A stretch of DNA of 30,565 nt from a virus (IMGVR_UViG_2778261446_000008:1-30565); one strand, 5' to 3'; shown: positions 16,629-26,900, numbered from the stretch's first letter. Numbers and translations are program-made. The notes: generated from the letters alone by a model not told the origin.

Positions 16629-17523
16629 CCTTTCGCAGTTGCCTGCACCGCAGATTGTGGATGTGCCGGACTTTGAGACGCTGCTTGCCGAACGCAAGGC
16701 AGAATTTGTGGCGCTTCATCCGAAAGATGAGCAGGAAGCAGTGATCCGCACGCTGGAACTGGAATCTGAACCCGCCACTAAATTGTTGCAGGAGAACGCT
16801 TACCGTGAGTTGCTTCTGCGCCAGCGCATTAACGAAGCCGCGCAGGCGGTGATGGTGGCTTACGCGATGGGCGGCGATCTTGACCAGCTCGCTGCCAACT
16901 ACAACGTGACACGCCTGACGGTGACGCCTGCTGATAATGATGCTGTGCCGCCCGTTGCAGCTGTGATGGAAAGCGATGAAGCGTTGCGCCTGCGTGTGCC
17001 TGCAGCCTTTGAAGGGCTTTCTGTTGCGGGGCCAACTGCAGCTTATGAATTTCATGCCCGAAGCGCCGACGGTCGGGTGGCGGATGCCAGTGCAACCAGC
17101 CCGGCACCTGCAGAGGTGGTGCTGACTGTCCTTAGCCGCGAAGGCGATGGAACTGCAGAAAAAGACCTGCTGGACGTGGTGGAAAAAGCTCTGAACAGTG
17201 AGAACGTCCGCCCGGTGGCTGACCGTCTTACGGTTCGCAGCGCAGAAATCATCCCGTATCGCGTGGAAGCCACCATTTTTCTCTATCCGGGACCGGAAGC
17301 AGAGCCGGTAATGGCAGCGGCAAAAGCCAGTCTGCAGAAGTACATTGCCAGCCAGACGAGGCTTGGCCGGGATATTCGCCGTAGCGCCATCTTTGCTGCT
17401 CTGCATGTTGAGGGTGTTCAACGTGTGGAACTGGCTTCTCCGCTGGCGGATGTGGTCCTGAACAAAACACAGGCGGCATCATGTACGCAGTGGAGCGTAA
17501 CCAACGGAGGAACGGATGAATAG
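16615..17523 (+). CDS. J: baseplate assembly protein J (P2 gpJ-like)
   Basis: ATG 16615 with RBS aggag (16604-16608); the track ORF starts at 16576 inside W. 302-aa product. Confidence 0.85.
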   Translation: MAVIDLSQLPAPQIVDVPDFETLLAERKAEFVALHPKDEQEAVIRTLELESEPATKLLQENAYRELLLRQRINEAAQAVMVAYAMGGDLDQLAANYNVTRLTVTPADNDAVPPVAAVMESDEALRLRVPAAFEGLSVAGPTAAYEFHARSADGRVADASATSPAPAEVVLTVLSREGDGTAEKDLLDVVEKALNSENVRPVADRLTVRSAEIIPYRVEATIFLYPGPEAEPVMAAAKASLQKYIASQTRLGRDIRRSAIFAALHVEGVQRVELASPLADVVLNKTQAASCTQWSVTNGGTDE

Positions 17524-18121
17524 TCTGCTGCCACCGGGTTCAACTTCACTGGAGCGCCGACTGGCGCAAACCTGTAGCGGGATTTCTGATTTGCAGGTGC
17601 CGCTGCGTGACTTGTGGAATCCGGCTACCTGTCCGGTCAGCTTTCTGCCTTATCTCGCCTGGGCGTTCTCTGTGGATCGCTGGGACGAGGGCTGGACAGA
17701 AAGCGTCAAACGCCAGGTAGTGAAGGATGCTTTTTATATTCATCAGCACAAAGGAACCACCAGTGCCGTACGGCGGGTGGTGGAGCCGTTCGGCTTCCTG
17801 ATCCGCATTATTGAGTGGTGGCAGACCGGAGAAATACCGGGCACGTTTCGTCTGGACATTGGTGTGCAGGACCAGGGCATCACTGAAGATACCTATCTGG
17901 AACTTGAGCGACTGATAAGCGATGCCAAACCATGTAGCCGTCACATGATCGGCATGTCCATCAATCTGCAGACCAGCGGCCCGCATTGGGTGGGAGCCGC
18001 CAGCTATCTTGGCGAAGAAATCACGATCTATCCGTATATCAACGAAACGATTATTTCCGGTGGCACCGCGCATGAAGGCGGGGCGGTCCATGTTATTGAC
18101 ACAATGAGAGTGAATCCATGA
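17516..18121 (+). CDS. I: tail/baseplate protein I (P2 gpI-like)
   Basis: 201-aa ORF between J and the tail-fibre gene. Confidence 0.8.
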   Translation: MNSLLPPGSTSLERRLAQTCSGISDLQVPLRDLWNPATCPVSFLPYLAWAFSVDRWDEGWTESVKRQVVKDAFYIHQHKGTTSAVRRVVEPFGFLIRIIEWWQTGEIPGTFRLDIGVQDQGITEDTYLELERLISDAKPCSRHMIGMSINLQTSGPHWVGAASYLGEEITIYPYINETIISGGTAHEGGAVHVIDTMRVNP

Positions 18122-19695
18122 GCACAAAATTTTATACCCTGCTGACGGATATTGGCGCGGCGAAACTTGCCAGCGCCGCCGCGCTCGGTGTGCCGCTAAA
18201 AATTACCCATATGGCGGTGGGCGATGGCGGTGGAGTATTGCCAACGCCGGACGCAAAGCAGACGGCACTGGTAAATGAGAAACGCCGGGCTGCGCTGAAT
18301 ATGCTTTATATCGACCCGCAGAACAGCAGCCAGATTATTGCCGAACAGGTGATCCCTGAAAACGAGGGCGGTTGGTGGATACGTGAAGTGGGCTTGTTTG
18401 ATGAGTCCGGGGCATTGATTGCCGTGGGCAACTGCCCGGAAAGCTATAAGCCGCAACTGGCTGAAGGTAGCGGGCGCACTCAGACCGTGCGCATGGTGCT
18501 GATTACCAGCAGCACGGACAATATCACCCTGAACATCGACCCTGCCGTAGTGCTGGCAACCCGCAAGTATGTGGATGATAAGGTACTGGAGCTGAAGGTG
18601 TACGCGGATGATCAGATGGCAAAACATCTTGCCGCACCGGACCCGCATTCACAGTACGCGCCAAAAGCCAGCCCGACATTTACCGGAACCCCCAAAGCGC
18701 CAACGCCAGCGGCGGGGGATAATACCACGCAGGTTGCGACCACTGCGTTTGTACAGGCGGCACTGACGGCCCTTATTAATGGTGCGCCAGCCACGCTGGA
18801 CACGCTGAAAGAAATAGCCGCAGCCATTAACAATGATCCGAATTTCAGTACCACCATTAACAATGCGCTGGCACTAAAAGCACCGTTGTCGAGTCCGGCA
18901 CTCACCGGAACGCCAACAGCCCCCACGGCGGCGCAGTCGGTCAACAATACACAGATTGCCACTACGGCTTTTGTGAAATCGGCGATTGCAGGAATGGTGG
19001 GTTCTGCACCTGCTGCACTGGATACACTGAACGAACTGGCGGCGGCACTGGGGAATGATCCGAACTTTGCCACGACAATGCTTAATGCGCTGGCAGGTAA
19101 ACAACCGCTGGACAATACGCTTACCAATTTGAGTGGAAAGGATGTAGCTGGTCTTCTCGCATACCTTGGTTTGGGAGAAGCGGCAAAAAGCAGGGTTCTT
19201 CAGAGCGGAGGAGATTCAGTTAAAGACGTCATGAGCCAGAATGCCATTACTTACCTGCTTTCCTTGAAAGCAGGTGTTAACGGTGAAAGAGTAGAGGCTG
19301 AAAACTTCAGAGAAGCCCTGAATTTGGGTAACGCGGCATTAAAAAACACAGGAACCGGGCAAGGGCAATTGCCTGATATGTCTGCATTTTTATCTAATCA
19401 AGAAGTGAATGGCTATCAGTATCTTCCTGGTGGGCTAATTCTTCAATGGGGAAACACACCATGTGAAGACCGGCGTACAACCGTTTCAAAGTTCCCGATA
19501 CCCTTTCCAAACGAATGCTTAATGGTCATTGTGTGTGGTTTTCAGGTGGCAGGAACCTACCAGGCTTATACGGTGGTAAATGGGGAATGGAACGACCAAT
19601 TCTCATGGAACGCCTTTTACGCGCAGTCTGGAAATATTCCTGTCCTTGCCGCAGCGGGACAGGTTAACGCCCGGTTTTTAGCTATAGGGAGATAA
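18118..19695 (+). CDS. H: tail fibre protein H: constant N-terminal part plus currently expressed variable C-terminal (receptor-binding) part
   Basis: N-terminus MSTKFYTLLTDIGAAKLA...ITHMAVGDGGG is the conserved P2 H N-terminus; three tandem tail-fibre collar repeats (TGTPKAPT.../LDTLKEIAAAINNDPNF). The C-terminal ~170 aa lie inside the invertible segment. Confidence 0.9.
   Translation: MSTKFYTLLTDIGAAKLASAAALGVPLKITHMAVGDGGGVLPTPDAKQTALVNEKRRAALNMLYIDPQNSSQIIAEQVIPENEGGWWIREVGLFDESGALIAVGNCPESYKPQLAEGSGRTQTVRMVLITSSTDNITLNIDPAVVLATRKYVDDKVLELKVYADDQMAKHLAAPDPHSQYAPKASPTFTGTPKAPTPAAGDNTTQVATTAFVQAALTALINGAPATLDTLKEIAAAINNDPNFSTTINNALALKAPLSSPALTGTPTAPTAAQSVNNTQIATTAFVKSAIAGMVGSAPAALDTLNELAAALGNDPNFATTMLNALAGKQPLDNTLTNLSGKDVAGLLAYLGLGEAAKSRVLQSGGDSVKDVMSQNAITYLLSLKAGVNGERVEAENFREALNLGNAALKNTGTGQGQLPDMSAFLSNQEVNGYQYLPGGLILQWGNTPCEDRRTTVSKFPIPFPNECLMVIVCGFQVAGTYQAYTVVNGEWNDQFSWNAFYAQSGNIPVLAAAGQVNARFLAIGR
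19154..19179. repeat. candidate 26-bp invertase crossover site 1 (gix/hix/cix-like) inside gene H
   Basis: TTCTCGCATACC-TT-GGTTTGGGAGAA: near-palindromic 12-2-12 architecture resembling Hin/Gin/Cin crossover sites; located at the constant/variable junction of H. Confidence 0.5.
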
Positions 19696-19698
19696 TGT

Positions 19699-20121
19699 AT
19701 GTACATATTTGACAACAAAACGCAGTGTTTTTTCCCTCTCGCATTGAAAGACAGATATATTGCTGCCGGAACATGGCCGGAGAATGGCGTTGAGGTGGAT
19801 GACGATACTTTCTCCGAATTCCAGGTGCCGCCAGCAGGGAAAATGAGAGTTGCAGGCAGTGACGGCCTGCCTGCATGGGGTGATATCCCGCCGCCCACCC
19901 ATGAAGAATTGATCACCATTGCTGAACAGGTGCGCCAACAGCTGCTGACTCATGCTGACGCGGTAATGCTCGACTGGCGAACGGAACTAATGCTGGATGA
20001 AATCAGCGACACCAACAGAGCTAAACTGTCGGCATGGCTGGCGTATAAGAATGAAGTTAAGGCGGTTGATGTGACAACCAACCCTGAGCATATTAACTGG
20101 CCTGTTCCCCCGGAGGTGTAG
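19699..20121 (+). CDS. G: tail fibre assembly protein (P2 gpG-like)
   Basis: 140 aa; follows H after a 3-nt gap; C-terminal ...NWPVPPEV resembles the conserved tfa C-terminus. Confidence 0.8.
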   Translation: MYIFDNKTQCFFPLALKDRYIAAGTWPENGVEVDDDTFSEFQVPPAGKMRVAGSDGLPAWGDIPPPTHEELITIAEQVRQQLLTHADAVMLDWRTELMLDEISDTNRAKLSAWLAYKNEVKAVDVTTNPEHINWPVPPEV

Positions 20122-20509
20122 GCCATACGGGTTTTGCTGTATCAACCCGCATTAACAGTACCCGGTACTTCTTCCACTCAGACAACGCGGCGGTTTCCTC
20201 ATCCGTCGCGATATCCGCGTCAACAGCATCCTGTCGCCAGGCTATTTCAGAATCCGCCCGCGTACGTAAATCACGTCGTGTTTGCTCAGCCCGGGCAACT
20301 CGTTCTTCAGGCGACAGGGAGGGGATGTCAACCCACACAGGATAACCATTATTATCCGTTCCCAGCATTTTCCCTTCCGGTGGGTACTGGCTATAAACAG
20401 CCATTGCCTCATCACTCACATCGGCAGCATGTTCCGGCCACGTTCCGGCAGAAACATAGGCATCTTTAAGTGCTTCCGGATAAAAAACACCCTGATAAAA
20501 TTTATTCAT
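20093..20509 (-). CDS. alternative tail fibre assembly protein (tfa'), expressed after inversion
   Basis: 138-aa product from ATG 20509 (MNKFYQGVFYPEA...WPTPPGEQAS), homologous to G; the track ORF 20093..20650 reads through from the upstream alternative fibre segment. ATGA overlap with the alternative H segment. Confidence 0.7.
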   Translation of the reverse strand: MNKFYQGVFYPEALKDAYVSAGTWPEHAADVSDEAMAVYSQYPPEGKMLGTDNNGYPVWVDIPSLSPEERVARAEQTRRDLRTRADSEIAWRQDAVDADIATDEETAALSEWKKYRVLLMRVDTAKPVWPTPPGEQAS

Positions 20510-20958
20510 AAATACCCCACAGCGAAGAAACAGCAATCTTCCACCGCCCCTGCTGGCGCCCAGTTTTGGATCCTGATTTGAGACCGATTTTCTATACTGA
20601 CATTCATTGACTGGCTGTAGCCATTCGCTGCTCTGCATCCCATAGCCCACAGACCTGCGGTTGGAAATGCATAGGGCAGGTTGTAGATATTATTCTCTCC
20701 GCCGCGTGTCCGTATGGTTCCCCACTGCAGCATTATCTTTACCGGATTATCTGTGGTTGCAAGACAAGGAATATACAAATAGCCATTTCCACCGGCGAAG
20801 AAAGAGAAATCTGATGCACTCAATACCTGATTTTTTCCCACTCCCATAGAGGCCAGTGCCGCCGTACCAAGCTGAAGGGCATTTCTGAAAGCGGCCACAT
20901 TCTGAATATCACCACCGTTTGCACTTTTCTGCATCGCTCCAGCGGCCTGTTTTACCGT
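20506..20958 (-). CDS. alternative tail-fibre variable C-terminal segment (Hv'), promoterless and startless; fused in frame to constant H after inversion
   Basis: The minus-strand ORF (track 20506..21012) is homologous to the current H C-terminus (RNALQLGTAAL vs REALNLGNAAL; LQWGTI vs LQWGNT). The reading frame across crossover site 2 matches the H frame across site 1. Confidence 0.65.
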   Translation of the reverse strand, partial: TVKQAAGAMQKSANGGDIQNVAAFRNALQLGTAALASMGVGKNQVLSASDFSFFAGGNGYLYIPCLATTDNPVKIMLQWGTIRTRGGENNIYNLPYAFPTAGLWAMGCRAANGYSQSMNVSIENRSQIRIQNWAPAGAVEDCCFFAVGYL

Positions 20959-20984
20959 TTCTTCCAAATGAACGTTTAAGAAAA
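20959..20984. repeat. candidate 26-bp invertase crossover site 2 (inverted relative to site 1)
   Basis: TTCTTCCAAATG-AA-CGTTTAAGAAAA; its reverse complement matches site 1 at 17 of 26 positions with identical central TT; about 55 bp upstream of the invertase gene. Confidence 0.45.
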
Positions 20985-21039
20985 TGCAGAGATAACGGCT
21001 AACTGGCATCATCTCCGGTTTTTATTCAGGGGGATGATC

Positions 21040-21606
21040 ATGCTTATTGGCTATGTACGCGTGTCAACAAATGACCAGAACACCGATTTGCAACGCAATG
21101 CACTGAACTGTGCGGGATGTGAGCGGATTTTTGAGGATAAAATCAGTGGCACCAAGTCCGACAGACCGGGGCTGAAAAAGCTGCTCAGGACACTATCGGC
21201 AGGAGACACGCTGGTTGTCTGGAAGCTGGACAGACTGGGGCGCAGTATGCGGCATCTTGTTACGCTGATAGAAGAGCTGCGCCAGCGTGGCGTGAATTTC
21301 CGAAGCCTGACTGACAGTATTGATACCAGCACCCCAATGGGCCGTTTCTTTTTTCATGTCATGGGTGCCCTGGCTGAAATGGAACGCGAACTGATAGTTG
21401 AACGTACCAGGGCGGGGCTGGCTGCAGCTCGTGCTAAAGGCAGAGTAGGTGGACGCCGTCCTAAGTTGACCAGCGAACAGTGGGCACAGATTGGGCGTTT
21501 ACTCGAGGCCGGAGAATCAAGACAGCGTATTGCACTGATTTTTGATGTAGGCGTTTCTACCATTTATCGAAAATTTCCGGCAAATAAGAACAATAAATCT
21601 CCCTGA
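21040..21606 (+). CDS. site-specific DNA invertase, serine recombinase (Hin/Gin/Cin/Pin family)
   Basis: N-terminus MLIGYVRVSTNDQNTDLQ with catalytic serine context (YVRVST), resolvase core, and C-terminal HTH (GVSTIYRKF); 188 aa from ATG 21040. Confidence 0.9.
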   Translation: MLIGYVRVSTNDQNTDLQRNALNCAGCERIFEDKISGTKSDRPGLKKLLRTLSAGDTLVVWKLDRLGRSMRHLVTLIEELRQRGVNFRSLTDSIDTSTPMGRFFFHVMGALAEMERELIVERTRAGLAAARAKGRVGGRRPKLTSEQWAQIGRLLEAGESRQRIALIFDVGVSTIYRKFPANKNNKSP

Positions 21607-21654
21607 ATCAGCTTTATTTTGATTATCCCTGAAAGCAGACAAATACCGTCATTT

Positions 21655-21672
21655 TGTGTGAATAACGGTACA
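21655..21672. promoter_or_regulatory. TGT-N12-ACA dyad (Ogr-type late-promoter site) upstream of the tail sheath operon
   Basis: TGTgtgaataacggtACA; the centre is about 55 nt upstream of a plausible transcription start roughly 30 nt before the FI ATG; shares TGTGTG...CGGTACA with the P/O site. Confidence 0.55.
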
Positions 21673-21748
21673 ACTGCGCTTAGCTGTTTGTCAGGCACAA
21701 TCACTTCAACATAGGGCGAAGCCTAATCCAATCAGGAGGTTCGCCACT

Positions 21749-22921
21749 ATGGCTCAGGATTACCACCACGGGGTGCGCGTTGTTGAAGTCAACGAAGGCA
21801 CCCGATCCATTACCACGGTGAGCACCGCCATCGTGGGTATGGTCTGCACGGGCGATGATGCCGATGCAAAAATGTTTCCTCTTAATAAACCCGTGCTGAT
21901 CACTGATGTGCTGACTGCCAGCGGTAAAGCGGGTGAGTCAGGCACGCTGGCTCGTTCGCTGGATGCCATCGCTGACCAGGCAAAACCCGTGACCGTTGTT
22001 GTGCGTGTGCCGCAGGGTGAAACGGAAGAAGAAACCACGACCAATATCATCGGAGCAGTGACCGCTGAAGGTAAAAAAACAGGCATGAAAGCCCTGTTAT
22101 CTGCCCAGTCACAGCTCGGCGTTAAACCGCGCATTCTCGGCGTGCCAGGTCACGACACGAAGGCGGTAGCTACTGAGTTGCTGAGCGTGGCGCAAAGCCT
22201 GCGTGGATTTGCTTACCTGTCAGCGTATGGTTGCAAGACGGTGCAGGAAGCAATCACTTACCGTGAAAACTTCAGTCAGCGTGAAGGAATGCTGATCTGG
22301 CCCGACTTTACTGGCTGGGACACGGTGCTGAATGCCGAAGCAACGGCTTATGCCACCGCCCGTGCGCTTGGTCTGCGCGCCAAAATTGACGAGCAGACCG
22401 GATGGCACAAAAGCCTGTCCAACGTGGGCGTTAACGGTGTCACCGGAATTTCTGCTGATGTGTTCTGGGATCTGCAGGACCCGGCAACCGATGCGGGACT
22501 GCTGAACCAGAACGACGTCACCACCCTTATCCGCAAAGACGGTTTTCGCTTCTGGGGTTCCCGCTGCCTGAGTGATGACCCACTCTTTGCCTTCGAAAAC
22601 TACACCCGCACGGCGCAGGTGCTGACGGACACGATGGCAGAAGCGCACATGTGGGCGGTGGATAAACCGCTGAATCCGTCGCTGGCCCGCGACATTATCG
22701 AGGGTATCCGCGCCAAAATGCGCAGCCTGGTCAGTCAGGGCTATCTCATTGGTGGTGATTGCTGGCTGGATGAGTCGGTGAACGACAAAGACACGCTGAA
22801 AACCGGAAAACTCACCATCGACTACGACTACACGCCAGTGCCGCCACTTGAAAACCTGATGCTGCGTCAGCGCATCACCGATCAGTACCTGGTGAATTTC
22901 TCCAGCCAGGTCAGCGCGTAA
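21749..22921 (+). CDS. FI: tail sheath protein (P2 gpFI-like)
   Basis: 390-aa ORF followed by the tail tube gene; P2 FI is of similar size. Confidence 0.9.
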   Translation: MAQDYHHGVRVVEVNEGTRSITTVSTAIVGMVCTGDDADAKMFPLNKPVLITDVLTASGKAGESGTLARSLDAIADQAKPVTVVVRVPQGETEEETTTNIIGAVTAEGKKTGMKALLSAQSQLGVKPRILGVPGHDTKAVATELLSVAQSLRGFAYLSAYGCKTVQEAITYRENFSQREGMLIWPDFTGWDTVLNAEATAYATARALGLRAKIDEQTGWHKSLSNVGVNGVTGISADVFWDLQDPATDAGLLNQNDVTTLIRKDGFRFWGSRCLSDDPLFAFENYTRTAQVLTDTMAEAHMWAVDKPLNPSLARDIIEGIRAKMRSLVSQGYLIGGDCWLDESVNDKDTLKTGKLTIDYDYTPVPPLENLMLRQRITDQYLVNFSSQVSA

Positions 22922-22930
22922 GGGGACAAC

Positions 22931-23446
22931 ATGGCTTTACCACGCAAATTAAAACACCTGAACCTGTTTAATGACGGGAACAACTGGCAGGGGATCGTTG
23001 AGTCGCTGACGCTGCCGAAATTTACCCGCAAATATGAGAAGTATCGCGGCGGCGGAATGCCGGGTGCAGTGGATGTGGATCTGGGGCTGGATGACGGCGC
23101 ACTGGATACGGAATTTTCCATTGGTGGTACTGAACTGCTGCTGTTTAAGCAGATGGGCAAAGCCACGGTGGATGGTATCCAGTTGCGCTTTACCGGCTCT
23201 ATCCAGCGTGACGATACCGGGGAAGTGCAGGCCGTGGAGCTTGTGGTGCGTGGACGTCACAAAGAAGTGGATTCCGGCGAGTGGAAGACGGGCGAAAGCA
23301 ACACCACCAAAGTGACCAGTACCAACAGCTACGCGAAGCTGACTATAAATGGTGAGGTGCTCTATGAAGTGGACCTTATCAACATGGTGGAAATTGTGGA
23401 CGGTGTGGACCTGATGGAAGCGCACCGCAACGCCCTCGGCCTCTGA
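22931..23446 (+). CDS. FII: tail tube protein (P2 gpFII-like)
   Basis: 171-aa ORF after the sheath gene; P2 synteny and size. Confidence 0.9.
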   Translation: MALPRKLKHLNLFNDGNNWQGIVESLTLPKFTRKYEKYRGGGMPGAVDVDLGLDDGALDTEFSIGGTELLLFKQMGKATVDGIQLRFTGSIQRDDTGEVQAVELVVRGRHKEVDSGEWKTGESNTTKVTSTNSYAKLTINGEVLYEVDLINMVEIVDGVDLMEAHRNALGL

Positions 23447-23500
23447 TGTATCTGAACGGCGCGGGATACCGCGCCAGAACCCAATTTACAGGACAGCAAA

Positions 23501-23803
23501 ATGAGCGATAAGCAGACTGAAAAGACTATTCAACTGGATACCCCCATCAAGCGCGGTAAAACAGAAATCACCGAAATTGTGCTGCGTAAACCGCAGTCCG
23601 GTGCGCTGCGCGGTACACGCCTGCAGGCCATTATGGATATGGATGTGAACGCGATGATGACCGTGATCCCCCGCATCTCCAGTCCGGCACTGACTGCACA
23701 GGAAATTGCAGAGATGGACCCGGCAGATCTCACTGCCATGTCGGTTGAGGTTGTCACTTTTTTGTTGAAGAAGTCGGTGCTTGCCGGTTTACCGACAGCC
23801 TGA
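23501..23803 (+). CDS. E: tail assembly chaperone E (P2 gpE-like)
   Basis: 100-aa ORF before the tape-measure gene; contains the slippery heptamer T-TTT-TTG in frame near its 3' end. Confidence 0.85.
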   Translation: MSDKQTEKTIQLDTPIKRGKTEITEIVLRKPQSGALRGTRLQAIMDMDVNAMMTVIPRISSPALTAQEIAEMDPADLTAMSVEVVTFLLKKSVLAGLPTA

Positions 23804-23937
23804 CGGTTGACGATCTGGTGGCTGATATCGCCACCATCTTTCACTGGCCGCCATCCGTTACTGACGTTATGCCGCTGACCGAAGTGCTGGAATGGCGGTA
23901 TAAAGCGATTCAGAGAAGCGGGGCCAACGATGAGTGA
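23501..23937 (+). CDS. E+E' frameshift product (programmed -1 frameshift at 23758..23764)
   Basis: Slippery sequence TTTTTTG at 23758-23764 in X-XXY-YYZ register; the -1 frame is open from there to TGA at 23935-23937, overlapping the T start, as in P2. Confidence 0.7.
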
Positions 23938-26900
23938 TAATAACCTGCGCCTGCAGGTCATTCTTAATGCGGTTGACAAACTCACCCGCCCATTCCGTGC
24001 TGCACAGGCCAGTTCGAAAGAGCTGGCTGGCGCAATTCAGAATACCCGAAACAGCCTCAAAGAACTGAATAAGCAGGCTGGCAGAATTGATGAATTTCGC
24101 AAGACGCGCTCGCAACTAGCCATAACAGCCAACAACCTGAACGCAGCCCGCGAAGAGGCGGCAAAACTCGCCACACAATTTGCTGCCACTAACAGGCCAA
24201 CCGCCGCGCAGGCAAAGTTATTCAGTCAGGCCAAAACACGAGTACAGGAACTTCAGCAGACCTATAACGGCTTGTTGGGGGCGGTCCAGAGACAACGTCA
24301 GGCACTTAAAGAATCAGGGATTGATACCAGACAACTCAGTAGTGCCCAGCGAGAACTTAAGAAAAATGCCGAAGAAACTCGTCAGGCACTAGAGGGCCAG
24401 CAAAAAGCACTTAAACGTCTGGGTGAACAACAGGCACGGATGAACGCTGCCAGAGAACAATACTCAAGACGGCTTGAAGTGCGCGATCGCATCGCAGGAG
24501 CCGGAGCCACCACCACGGCTGCAGGGCTGGCAATGGGCGCGCCAGTGATGGCGGCGGTAAAAAGCTATACCAGCATGGAAGATGCCATGAAAGGTGTGGC
24601 AAAGCAGGTCAATGGTCTGCGTGACGATAATGGCAACCGCACTGCGCGTTTTTACGAAATGCAGGATGCCATCAAAGCTGCCAGTGAACAGCTGCCAATG
24701 GAAAACGGTGCTGTGGACTTCGCCGCACTGGTTGAAGGTGGTGCGCGCATGAATGTGGCAAACCCTGACGACAGCTGGGAGGACCAGAAACGTGACCTGC
24801 TGGCCTTCGCCAGTACGGCAGCAAAGGCGGCAACAGCCTTTGAGCTGCCAGCGGATGAACTGTCAGAAAGTCTGGGGAAAATCGCCCAGCTCTACAAAAT
24901 ACCAACCCGCAATATTGAACAGCTCGGTGATGCGCTGAACTATCTGGATGATAACGCTATGTCGAAAGGGGCAGACATCATTGATGTCATGCAACGCCTG
25001 GGCGGTGTGGCTGATCGTCTGGATTATCGTAAAGCGGCGGCGCTGGGTTCCACCTTCCTGACACTGGGGGCTGCGCCGGAGGTCGCTGCCAGTGCTGCCA
25101 ACGCGATGGTGCGTGAATTGTCCATTGCGACCATGCAAAGCAAGAGTTTCTTTGAAGGAATGAATCTGCTGAAACTCAATCCTGAAGTGATTGAAAAGCA
25201 GATGACGAAGGATGCGATGGGAACTATCCAGCGCGTACTGGAGAAGGTGAACGCACTGCCGCAGGATAAGCGCTTGTCTGCCATGACCATGTTGTTTGGT
25301 AAAGAGTTTGGCGATGATGCGGCGAAACTGGCAAACAACCTGCCGGAACTGCAGCGCCAGCTAAAACTGACAGCGGGCAATGATGCGCTCGGTTCGATGC
25401 AGAAAGAATCCGACATTAACAAGGACTCACTTTCTGCGCAGTGGTTGTTGGTCAAAACCGGAGCGCAGAACACCTTCAGCAGCCTGGGCGAAACGCTGCG
25501 CCAGCCGCTGATGGATATTCTGTACACGGTGAAAAGCATCACGGGGGCGTTGCGTCGCTGGGTGGAAGCTAACCCTGAACTGACGGGCACACTGATGAAA
25601 GTAGCCGCGGTTGTGGCTGCTGTTACTGTGGGCCTCGGCACCCTGGCTGTGGTGTTGGCTGCTGTGCTGGGGCCGCTGGCAGTCATCCGTCTGGGATTCT
25701 CTGTGCTGGGTATCAAAACGTTACCTTCCGTTACGGCAGCAGTAACGCGAACCAGCAGCGCGTTGTCCTGGTTGGCTGGCGCACCACTTGCACTGCTGCG
25801 ACGCGGGCTTGCTTCATCGGGCAACGCCGCAGGTTTACTTACTGCACCGTTGTCGTCTTTGCGCCGCACGGCATCACTGACGGGAAATGTCCTGAAAACT
25901 GTAGCAGGTGCGCCGGTTGCACTTTTGCGGTCTGGATTATCCGGTTTACGTGCTGTTGCTGTGATGTTTATGAATCCTCTGGCGGTACTGCGCGGTGGAC
26001 TGGCCTCCGCAGGCACGGTGCTGCGAGTACTGGCATCTGGTCCACTGGCGATGCTGCGCGTTGCCCTGTATGCCGTATCTGGTCTGTTAGGTGCTCTGCT
26101 CAGTCCGATAGGTCTTGTGGTTACTGCACTGGCGGGCGTGGCGCTGGTTGTCTGGAAATACTGGCAACCCATCACCGCATTTCTTGGTGGCGTGGTGGAA
26201 GGATTCAAAGCGGCGGCAGGTCCCGTCAGTGCAGCATTCGAACCGCTTAAGCCCGTGTTCCAGTGGATTGGCGACAAAGTACAGGCGCTGTGGGGCTGGT
26301 TTACTGATCTGCTGACGCCCGTTAAGTCGACCTCTGCCGAACTGCAGAGTGCAGCGGCAATGGGGCGACGATTCGGGGAGGCACTGGCGGAAGGGCTGAA
26401 TATGGTCATGCATCCGCTGGACTCCCTGAAATCCGGCGTTTCCTGGTTGCTGGAGAAACTCGGCATTGTCAGTAAAGAGGCTGCAAAGGCGAAACTGCCG
26501 GAAAGAGTGACGCGTCAGCAACCTGCGACGGTGAATGCAGACGGTAAAGTGATGATGCCACCGGGTGGTTTTCCGTCATGGGGATATGGCTTTGCGGGGA
26601 TGTATGACAGCGGCGGCTATATCCCGCGCGGGCAGTTTGGCATCGTCGGTGAAAACGGGCCGGAAATTGTTAACGGCCCGGCAAATGTGACCAGCCGGAG
26701 AAATACAGCTGCACTGGCTGCCGTTGTTGCCGAAATGATGGGCGTTGCTGCCGCGCCTGCAGAGCTTCCACCGTTGCATCCTTTGGCACTTCCCGCGAAA
26801 GGCGGCGAAGCGATGGTGAGTCGTGCAGCCACTGTACCGCCCGTTCACCGGATTGAGGCACCGACGCAGATCATCATTCAGACGCAGCCAGGACAAAGTG

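Larger units (their letters stand above)
19154..20984. other. invertible tail-fibre DNA segment (Mu G-segment-like) bounded by two inverted crossover sites
   Basis: Contains the H variable 3' end and tfa (G) on the + strand, plus an alternative tfa and a promoterless alternative H 3' segment on the - strand. Adjacent serine invertase gene; the sites are inverted with matching core dinucleotide. Confidence 0.6.

Noticed and set aside
16519-17421. 300-aa minus-strand ORF overlapping baseplate gene J
   Set aside because: Antisense to J and W in a conserved P2 late operon; Arg/Cys/His-rich, non-protein-like composition; no RBS context.
20985-21012. Apparent start codon and first ~9 codons of the alternative tail-fibre ORF (MMPVSRYLC...)
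   Set aside because: These lie outside the invertible segment, beyond crossover site 2, and would not be part of the protein made after inversion; there is no promoter or RBS logic, so the ORF is a promoterless alternative cassette rather than an independent gene.
25024-26466. 480-aa ORF on the minus strand inside the tape-measure gene
   Set aside because: Fully antisense to a well-supported long structural gene in GC-rich repeat-containing DNA; low-complexity Ala/Ser/Thr/Pro-rich translation typical of spurious antisense frames.
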